64,000 nucleotides of DNA from Bacteroidaceae bacterium. GTDB lineage: Bacteria > Bacteroidota > Bacteroidia > Bacteroidales > Bacteroidaceae. The translations under genes and the position numbers were made by a program. Where the stretch lies: the NCBI GenBank assembly GCA_045576655.1, contig JAZNGW010000028.1, positions 35,885 to 99,884 on the forward strand. Reading direction: 5' to 3'. Shown in pieces: positions 26,801 through 33,800 of this stretch. The number at the start of each line of letters is the position of its first letter. The stretch's first letter is position 1. The notes beneath the pieces were generated by a model that saw only the letters and a list, made by a program, of their open reading frames with translations, did no database searches and had not been told where the DNA came from.

Positions 26801-28511
26801 GAGCAGCGGAAGAACCCTCCTGAATGTTTTGGGCGGCAGCCTTGAGCACATAGACACCGAGTCCGAGACCATTCACCTTCTGCATCACGCTGCCATCGCC
26901 TACCTTACCGCCAGCACTGGTCCACTTCTCTACGTATGTGTTGCCATGTTTCAGAGAGAAGGCAGTGTTAGACTGGGCAGCCATGCCCGTCTGCGTCCAT
27001 CCCTCAAAACTGTTCTCAAAACTGTTGTTCACAATCAGGTGGCTCATATCCACCGGATTGTCCACCGAAGCCGATGTCCAGCGGTACTTCTCGATAGCAG
27101 AGAGCAGGTCGCTGTTAGCCATGATGACATCCGACTGACTTGCCGACTCATCGGCATACACAGCCTTAGCCGCATCGAGAGCAACCTTAAGGTCGGCAGC
27201 ACCCTTGCCGCTACCGTCGCCATAGAGAGCCTCAGCCTCGTCGATGGCATTCTTCAGTCCGTCCTTCACCGAAGCATCGCCAATGCCCTTGTAGACTATC
27301 ACGAAGCGCTGCCAGTTCAACCACTGCTCAGTGCTTGTCATCTTAGCGCTCACCGTAAGTTTTCCGTCCGAACCGACCTTCACATCGTCAGTCCACACAA
27401 GACTTCCGTCATGAGCCAGCGCCTGGCCGCACGACTGCATGCCGTTAGGAAGGAACTTTCCGTTAGAGGCAATCCAGTTGTTGCCCTGGTCATTGCCCAC
27501 AGCATACTCCAACGCACCTATAGCCACAGCACTCGCGCTTGCCGAAGTCTCACCCGAAGCAGTAACCTTCGGAGCAGTGCCACTGCCGTCCTCACGATAG
27601 AGAGCCTGCCAGCCCACAGAGTAAGAACCCTGAGGCACAGTCTGAGTCTGGCTCAAAGTGAAAGCAGAATGATACACCTCAAACTCGCCCCATCCGAAAG
27701 TGGCGTTGCTCGTAGCCCAGTTAGCCAAGTCGCCCTTGCCCACCATGTCGGCATCGTCGAAAAGGAACGACACGTCGACAGGCTCAGCCACATCGGCATA
27801 CACTGCCCAGAAGAGCGTGCGTGCAGCATCGATCACCTGCGAGGCCGTAGCGTCAGCATTGTCATAGACCGCCTTGGCGTCAGCAATGTACTTGGCATAC
27901 ACATCAGCCTTTCCGGCATCAGCCACTGCTTTGTACACGCCATACATCTGGCGCTTCACCTTATATGCCATGTAGCGGCCGTTGGTCACGTTCTCCTCCT
28001 TGATGAAAGCCCACTTCGTATGGCCATCACCCCCAACGAGAGTCACATGCCCGCCGAAGTCCCAGGTCACGTCAAGGTCCTTCCCCCACTTGGTATTGTT
28101 GAGAGTATAGACATTGCTCCCCTCTGCCGTCTCCGTGTAAGCAAAATACGGGTTAGCATTCTGGTCGCAATACACATCGTCGGCATTCAGACTTGGGCAT
28201 GAAAGAAAGAGCGTGTTATACGTCTTCATTCTAACTCTCACGTTTCCGCCCGAAACAAAAGCATAGCAGCGCTGAGGGTCTGACGCCGTAGCGTCGCCGT
28301 TGGTTAGTCGGGTAGCACAAGCGTTTGTGCCCCATGTCATACCGTTGATAAGGAAGGCGTCAGCCTCCACATTATAGAAATACACCACGTCCGACGATTT
28401 CAGTCCGTCGAGGCTCTCGGCAGGAACCTGAGGTTCCGTCCATGCCTGAGCCACGGCCGTCATAACCAAAGTGCCCCATAGAGCCATGGCAAAATAGATA
28501 CGTTTCATCAT
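23841..28511 (-). CDS. Giant T9SS cargo protein, paralog P3 (tandem duplicate of P2 architecture): HExxH zincin-like + ricin-like lectin + T9SS CTD
   Basis: Start at 'MMKRIYFAMALWGTLVMTAVAQAW'. 'GTCMHEMNHGIGGG' (nt 25677..25691). 'AQRWIFL' QxW motif. Tail '...VEVYNLHGQKVGNTLEGLPRGVYIVNKKKVLVQ'. Confidence 0.75.
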   Translation of the reverse strand: MMKRIYFAMALWGTLVMTAVAQAWTEPQVPAESLDGLKSSDVVYFYNVEADAFLINGMTWGTNACATRLTNGDATASDPQRCYAFVSGGNVRVRMKTYNTLFLSCPSLNADDVYCDQNANPYFAYTETAEGSNVYTLNNTKWGKDLDVTWDFGGHVTLVGGDGHTKWAFIKEENVTNGRYMAYKVKRQMYGVYKAVADAGKADVYAKYIADAKAVYDNADATASQVIDAARTLFWAVYADVAEPVDVSFLFDDADMVGKGDLANWATSNATFGWGEFEVYHSAFTLSQTQTVPQGSYSVGWQALYREDGSGTAPKVTASGETSASASAVAIGALEYAVGNDQGNNWIASNGKFLPNGMQSCGQALAHDGSLVWTDDVKVGSDGKLTVSAKMTSTEQWLNWQRFVIVYKGIGDASVKDGLKNAIDEAEALYGDGSGKGAADLKVALDAAKAVYADESASQSDVIMANSDLLSAIEKYRWTSASVDNPVDMSHLIVNNSFENSFEGWTQTGMAAQSNTAFSLKHGNTYVEKWTSAGGKVGDGSVMQKVNGLGLGVYVLKAAAQNIQEGSSAAQTGAWVVANNSKTEVVGKDEYSVTFVNIENEATVGFLAEGATGNWISVDNFRLYYAGGEFADFKKELEGYIETAKPYIGEKMHNAVLDNLKACIAAAEAELQKDNADGYTAVSTPLREAVEQAKASIKAYADLTAAIAKAEVAYGDGVMKGAEKFLAVINGAKAVNDNLDATFEEMAAEIVKLEKAEFEYNLTNPTGAVPTVVTDKRYVRGAIAAFGRMTVSGVTSSEILEQGFCWSTEPDPTVLDNRTTKYLENNGRMYWMDMQPATVYYMRAYAITKGYAVGYGDVIKMSTLPQGRVTYWYNNGGDAAHNDRINTALTVATTYWSNYTSIRGFNVSCTFSPGTPTADCGYGGGMRIGTNMGQRAGTCMHEMNHGIGGGTLEIWGGWVVSPLRETVNGYWAGDRANEAVRFWENNDNLVITGAYDGGHWGVINKGETYSQDNIFHNKYPHNGAHLEPGAWAGPQNWNDTEVFYIGNSLINQGFCEDGLIPVNFYSGAFCLPAYVFEQDDNAKYYIKSESADRGLATSYLVEQKNGIVKWMDMAGSDVTLNDSAAWYVSFTPDNQYYQFRNAATGRYLTFTANGANGIRTAVKSTPAANEDFHLMKGRQDVALGSFKTRGYWIIHPEAKSNPATFTATANGGVAANTLDLYNSATAQRWIFLQADEIEQFETGLKDKALAELDEMISNVRRLKLTSHTEDVPGADAALDDDIATVESLAADAATANEVTALIEQVRTAGMNFLGKATPTSMYRPFNITFLVKNAAIDDNSGWSTKPTFGNSCLEYFQSSFDFNQTITGLPAGTYQLRAKAFQRPGAYDAVYDSYTGGTDNVNTVLYAGASTVKVKNIAAGARRTRLHADDVEVGTSTRYIPNTMASAEAYLKLSTYENEVATRLDDEGASLKIGIKCPSAGTNYWSVFDNFRLYYYGTISPETVTAIDKVEADETVGEDSDKPVEVYNLHGQKVGNTLEGLPRGVYIVNKKKVLVQ

Positions 28512-28553
28512 TTTTACTTTAAGGTGTTTATAATACAACTAGTTAACAAACAA

Positions 28554-28561
28554 CAAAAATA
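28554..28561 (-). promoter_or_regulatory. Candidate -7 box (TATTTTTG on minus strand) upstream of P3
   Basis: Exact TAnnTTTG match ~43 nt upstream of the ATG at 28511. Confidence 0.3.
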
Positions 28562-28636
28562 GGGAGTTTTTAGCAAAAAGGCAAACATTTATTCCCCAAA
28601 GCCCCATCAGCCTTTTCGTCTCTCCCCCAACCCTCC

Positions 28637-28736
28637 TCAAAACTCTAAACTTAGACTGAGTTTACACAAACTTAGGCTAAAAACAAGCAGACTCAGACTA
28701 AGTCCGTATAAACTTAGTCTGAGTCTGGAGTTTTCA
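28637..28736 (-). repeat. CAGACTAAGT-family element, copy B (reverse orientation, with internal inverted unit)
   Basis: The left half is the reverse complement of the 3' half of copies C and D (TCAAAACTCTAAACTTAGACTGAGTTTACACAAACTTAG). It contains CAGACTAAGT-n8-ACTTAGTCTG, a perfect 10-bp inverted repeat. Confidence 0.8.
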
Positions 28737-28756
28737 TGGAGGTATGCATGTGTGCT

Positions 28757-30565
28757 TTATGGGGTGATGACGAAGACGAAGCCGCCGCGTGGCTGGCACT
28801 TCACTTCGCTTGGCAATGATGTGACCGTCTGTATGTCCCATTTGTCGCCGTCGAGGAAGAGCTGCGCTTTGCTGTACTGCCCTATTATCTGGGTGAGGGG
28901 GACAGGGATGGTCTTTGTCTCGTCCGTGCCGTTGATGCCTGCCACGTACCATGTATTGCCTGAGCGGCGCGCCATGACGGCGCTTTCGCCTGGATAGCCG
29001 GACACGAAGCGTGTTTCGTCCCACACGGATGGCAAGTTGCCCAGAAAATCCTTCACCTCCTTAGGCTGCGCAAGGAAACTCTCCGGACGGTCGGCAAGAT
29101 GCTGGAGTCCGGATTCGTAGAGGACGGTGAGCGCCAGTTCGTGAGCATGAGTGGTGATGTGCGGATGCTGCGAGTCGGAAAAGGCGCACGGAGTGTAGTC
29201 CATCGGACCTATGACATTGCGAGTGAATGGCAGTGTGGCGTTGTGGCAAGCGGCCTTATTAGTAAAAGTAGGCACGTTGTTGTACCACTCGGCTCCGTAG
29301 ACTGCTTCAGTAGTCAGCATGTGAGGATAGGTGCGCTGCCAACCTCGCGGAGTGGTGGCACCGTGGAAGTTGATAAGAAGATGATGACGGGCGGCGCATT
29401 CCATCAGTTCGTGATAATACTCTATCTCACGCTGGGCATCGCCACCGAAGAAGTCGACCTTGACGCCTGCTACTCCTATCGACTGACACCATGCGAATTC
29501 GCGTTCGCGGTCCTCGGGCTTGTTCAGTCGGAACTTAGGTCCTGGAGCGCCATTGACCCAGCCAGTAGAGGAGTTGTACCATATCATCGGCTTCACGCCT
29601 TTCGACTTGGCGTAGCCGACAGCATCCTCAATGGTCTTGCCGTCCTTCATCTCGTCCCATTCGGCATCGATAAGGACATAAGGGAGACGGAGCTCGGCTG
29701 CCATATCGACATACTTACGGATGATATTGTAGTCGTTGCTGCCGTGGTTGTGCGCCCAATAAATCCAAGAAACCACTCCTGGCTCAATCCATTCGGTATC
29801 GGTGAGGCGGCAGGGGGCTGAGAGGTCGTTGACGAGTGTCGACTCGACGAGGTCGGCAAGTTCGCCGACGATGGCCACACGCCAAGGGGTATGCCAGTTG
29901 TCAATCGGCTTGACTTCATTAGGAGCCGGCACAACTCTGTATGTCTCCACATCGGTGTCGTTGCGCAGACTTGAAGCGCTCTGGTTGCGTTCGAGTCCTG
30001 CCTCCGAAATCAATGCGAACACTCCCTTCTGAGGTTCCAGCAAAGCGGGATAGCACCAATGGCGGTTCTTGCTCTCGCCCGTAGTCGCCTTTGGGAAGAA
30101 ATCCTCATAGCTCAAGTGCCACGGATGCATCCATCGCGTTGTGCCTTCTGGAATTCTGTAAGAGGTGACTTCCTGCGGAATGCTACCTCCGTTCAGTCCT
30201 TTAAGTTCGTATCTGAAAGCCACTCCGTCGTTATAGAGTCGCCAAACAAGAGCGGTTTTCTCGTCGAGAGCCACCCTGTATTCGTTAGCCTCGTTTGTGC
30301 AATGGAGGCGCTTGCCCGAAAGCATAGTGTAGTCTTCGTTGATATGGCGCGAGAAGGCGATGGTTTTCTTTGCGTCCGCTTTCACTCCCTCAAAGCCTTC
30401 GGCCTTGATGTTCAGCACGGGATTGCCCTGGTAGTTCACAACATAAGCCTCGCCATTGCGGACAAGGGAGAGGTTACCATTGGGCGACACCACCTTTTGC
30501 GATGAGCAAGACAGCAAAGCCATCAGTGCGCAGAGGCAAAAAAGCATGTAGTTGGTTCTTTTCAT
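28757..30565 (-). CDS. Glycoside hydrolase family 97 (alpha-glucosidase/alpha-galactosidase type) lipoprotein
   Basis: Lipobox 'LLSCSS'. 'YVLIDAEWDEM', 'GVAGVKVDFFGGD' and 'INFHGATTPRGWQRTYPHMLTTEAVYGAEW' are GH97 hallmark segments. Confidence 0.8.
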   Translation of the reverse strand: MKRTNYMLFCLCALMALLSCSSQKVVSPNGNLSLVRNGEAYVVNYQGNPVLNIKAEGFEGVKADAKKTIAFSRHINEDYTMLSGKRLHCTNEANEYRVALDEKTALVWRLYNDGVAFRYELKGLNGGSIPQEVTSYRIPEGTTRWMHPWHLSYEDFFPKATTGESKNRHWCYPALLEPQKGVFALISEAGLERNQSASSLRNDTDVETYRVVPAPNEVKPIDNWHTPWRVAIVGELADLVESTLVNDLSAPCRLTDTEWIEPGVVSWIYWAHNHGSNDYNIIRKYVDMAAELRLPYVLIDAEWDEMKDGKTIEDAVGYAKSKGVKPMIWYNSSTGWVNGAPGPKFRLNKPEDREREFAWCQSIGVAGVKVDFFGGDAQREIEYYHELMECAARHHLLINFHGATTPRGWQRTYPHMLTTEAVYGAEWYNNVPTFTNKAACHNATLPFTRNVIGPMDYTPCAFSDSQHPHITTHAHELALTVLYESGLQHLADRPESFLAQPKEVKDFLGNLPSVWDETRFVSGYPGESAVMARRSGNTWYVAGINGTDETKTIPVPLTQIIGQYSKAQLFLDGDKWDIQTVTSLPSEVKCQPRGGFVFVITP

Positions 30566-30621
30566 TAGTCGTTTATCGTTTTTAGGATTTATTCTACATT
30601 TTCACATTAACGCGCTCGCCG

Positions 30622-30858
30622 CTATAGTCGATAGTCTTCACGCTGCTTTCTTGTCACCTTAACCTCTTGGGGTTCGTAGATGCACACGCCTGTTCCGTTG
30701 CCCTTAGGGTCTGTTGCACCTTGCGGAGTCCATTGCACTCTAACTATCGACGGAGTAACAAAGGTTAGCCTGGGATGCTCGCTCGCCCTGCCACAAACCG
30801 ACATGGCAAGAACGAGCGCCACGAATGTAATCCTCTTTATCTGATTAAAGCAGAGCAT
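30622..30858 (-). pseudogene. 78-codon remnant resembling the signal peptide + N-terminal beta-sandwich of a glycosidase (GH31/DUF4968-like 'TPSIVRVQWTP')
   Basis: Far too short for such a domain family. The other frame also stops within 10 codons. Its ATG overlaps the upstream stop (TAATG). Confidence 0.35.
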
Positions 30859-33800
30859 TATTTTATCAGAATAACTTTTCCATTTATGATGTTAAATCCC
30901 TTTTCTTTCCTGTTCAATTTGCGACCCTGCAAATCATAGATAGCATTGTCACTCTCGGTGCTCTGTTCCTTGATAGTAACATTGTCTATACCAACTTCTT
31001 CATCGCAAGGACCAACGTAATGAAGGCGAATGTTATCGTACTTGAAATTGTTGCTCTTGTAGTTCTGCAAGCGTACGCCAATAGTGAGATTGCCATCCTC
31101 AGCCATAACTAAGTCAAGGGATGTGTCGGCATTGCCTTGGTGCTTCAAGTCGACGCTTTGGTTGTTTGCGAAAAGGTATGCGCCTTCTGCAGGGCATAGA
31201 CTGTAAAGGGTCAGACGATACTTACCCTTTGGCAAGCCTTTCACGGTCTGACTGATTGATCGGTTGCTCAAGTTGCCGCTGCTCTGCCAGTTGTTCATAT
31301 AGGCGTAGTACTCACATCCTGGGAGATAACCTTGATGCTCAACCATACCTTCACCTTCGACAATCCATCCTATAGGGTGGCGACTTTCGTCGTAACGGCC
31401 GAAACTTGGGTTAGTGATGAGCGGAGTTATGTCGAGCGGATTCTCCTCGGTTGCCTGCGCCCAGTTGCTGAACTGCTGGAGATATTTGACGCGCGGAATG
31501 GCATAAATGTCGAAATAGGACACATTGGCATCGCGCTTATCGGCAGCAAACTCTGCTCCGTCCTCGAACGCTCCGTGTACCCAAGGGCCGAGGTAAGCGC
31601 CTGTAGTTTTATTCTTCAGCGCCCAACCCTTTTCACTGTAAAGTTCAGGGTAGATCATGGCGATGCTGCGATTGCCGTCCATGCCGTATGAATCGCCCTG
31701 CTTATGCACGTCAGAATAGGTTTGCCACAAAGCATGGTTCCATCCCTCCGTACGGAAATGACGGTTGAGGTCGGCGAGCGGAGTGATGATTATTTTCAAG
31801 TCGTCGGTAGCATCAAAAGCGTCGAAGGCGAAAACGCCTGAGATATTTGTGTTAGGGTCGACGCCGCTGGCGTAATACATAGCATAGGTGTTGCCCCAGT
31901 TCTTGTCACCAACGGTATTGAGCGCAGCAACGGTCATTCCTGATTCGGCATCGAGGATGGCGAAGTAACTATTGGCGCAGTCTATTCCGCTGAAAGTATC
32001 GACTAATGTCCATCCTGCTTCGAGCAATTTCTCACCTACAGTTTTCTCCTCCTCTTCTTCCTCTTCCGTCAGTTCTTCTGTGATAACGAATGTCTGCTCG
32101 GCAGCGAAAGCCGAACCAGCATAGCCTGCATCGACAGCCTGCACGCTCCATGCGTAGTTGCCTCGAGGCAAGCGGCGGAGTGTCCACCCGAGATTGAGCC
32201 ATGCGTTACCCATAGAGGTGACGCGTCGCGCACCTGTTGCGATATCCGAATTAGGGAACATAAGGTACTGCCCAGTGTCAAGATTGCGCAGATAGTAATT
32301 GTAGGAAAGGCTCTTGACTGGTGTTTCCGCATCGGAACCGCTGTTCCACTTCAGCACCACACTGTTGCCAACAACCTCGGCAGAGAGATCTGTAGGAGGA
32401 AGCGGAGCGGTATTCGTGCGCTCAGTCTTATTCTTGCAGAGTACAGCCAATCGGCGGTCAACATTGTAGCCGTGGAATCCCATGGCTCCGTTAGCGTTAC
32501 CGCAGATAAGGATGTCGTTGCGTCCCTCACCAGTGAAGTCGGCCAGTTCGAGCGACGACTCACTGACGCCTGGCAAATCGACATCACTCTTTGTGAAGCG
32601 ACCTGTTCCGTCGTTAAGGAACACGTCCACTTGTGCTATGTTGCCTTGCGACATGTTCCAACCAGCTATAATCAGATCGGAATGTCCGTCGTTATTCCAA
32701 TCGCAGAAGCGTATAGGATGCGACACATTGTCTTGCATATATTCGCTAAACTCCTGAGCCAGAGAGAAAGTACCGTCTCCTTTGTTCAGGTAAAGCGACA
32801 CAGTCTTACCGCCCTCGGCAGCTGTAGTCGACCAAATTTCGCCGACAAGTTCACCGCCTATAGCCACATCAAGCCATCCGTCGCCGTTGACATCGGCATA
32901 GGCCATGCCGCCTCGAGTACCCTTTTCCTTAAAGCCCGCGCTCTTCTCTGTGAACACACCAGTTCCGTCGTTATAGTGGACACGGGTATATACGCCACCA
33001 CTCTTGTCTGAGAGCAGACAGAGATCCACGCTCTGGCTGTTGTCAAAGTCGGCATACATGATAGTAGGTTCATTGAATCCACCAGGCAAAGTAAGTTTGG
33101 ATTTCTTGTCATAGCCATCGCGTGCAGTTTTCTGAGTATAGAACGTATTGCGCGAACCATTGCCTATGAAGAAATAGTCAGGAAGCGCATCGTTGTTGAT
33201 GTCGGCAATACCACATGCTGGAGCTACGGACGATCCGTCCGACAAGTCCTCTGCCACAAGTTTGCCGCTTCCGTCGTTCATGAGCACTGCATTGTAAGCG
33301 TCCCAGAAGTCAAAACCCGACTGAACGAGGTCGATGTGTCCGTCGCCATTTAGATCACCAGCAGCAAGATTGCACAATGTGGCGTTAGTAATGGTCTGTG
33401 TAGCCACAAAACCATAGTTGCCTGTATTGATGCGCACACCACCCACTCGTGTCTGATTGCCCTCACCACCGCTGTATACAATATCGCGGAGGTTATCGTT
33501 GTTGAGGTCGACAGCCACAGCATCACCAAGTTTAAATCCGTCGTTCTGCGAAATGTAGTCTATCTGGTCGCGATCAGCATTAACCTTGTCGCCAATGGAG
33601 TCGACAGGCGCATAAGTCGGCACCGTAACCTTATTGACTATTTCCTTATACGCTTCTTCCAAACCAGCTTGCTCTCTAATAGCGTCACTTACGTTCGCGC
33701 CATTGTTTCCCCAATTATTGTGACCGCCGTTCTTGTTCTTCGAAATATTGCCCAGACACCAGTTGTCAGCCACAGTGTAATAGTCCGTACCCTCATCGGT

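Noticed and set aside
25869-28202. 777-aa + strand ORF. Similar long + strand ORFs occur at 7533..8543, 9195..10070, 11052..12164, 20035..20634, 21808..22563, 22600..23217, 37202..37915 and 41482..42138.
   Set aside because: All lie entirely antisense within much longer minus-strand ORFs that have recognisable signal peptides, catalytic motifs and sorting domains. Their products are low-complexity (Ser/Val/His/Arg/Leu-rich) with no motifs. This is the typical antisense open frame of codon-biased genes.
18886-28511. Diversity-generating retroelement or shufflon acting on the lectin-like C-terminal domains of P2 and P3.
   Set aside because: There is no reverse transcriptase or recombinase gene in the window. 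There is no template/variable repeat pair with adenine-specific mismatches. The paralog differences are spread along the genes.
32041-32075. Purine/pyrimidine-biased simple repeat (TCCTCCTCTTCTTCCTCTTCC).
   Set aside because: It lies in frame within the 1544-aa ORF and encodes the 'EEEEEEEK' inter-domain linker. It is a coding low-complexity tract rather than a regulatory repeat.
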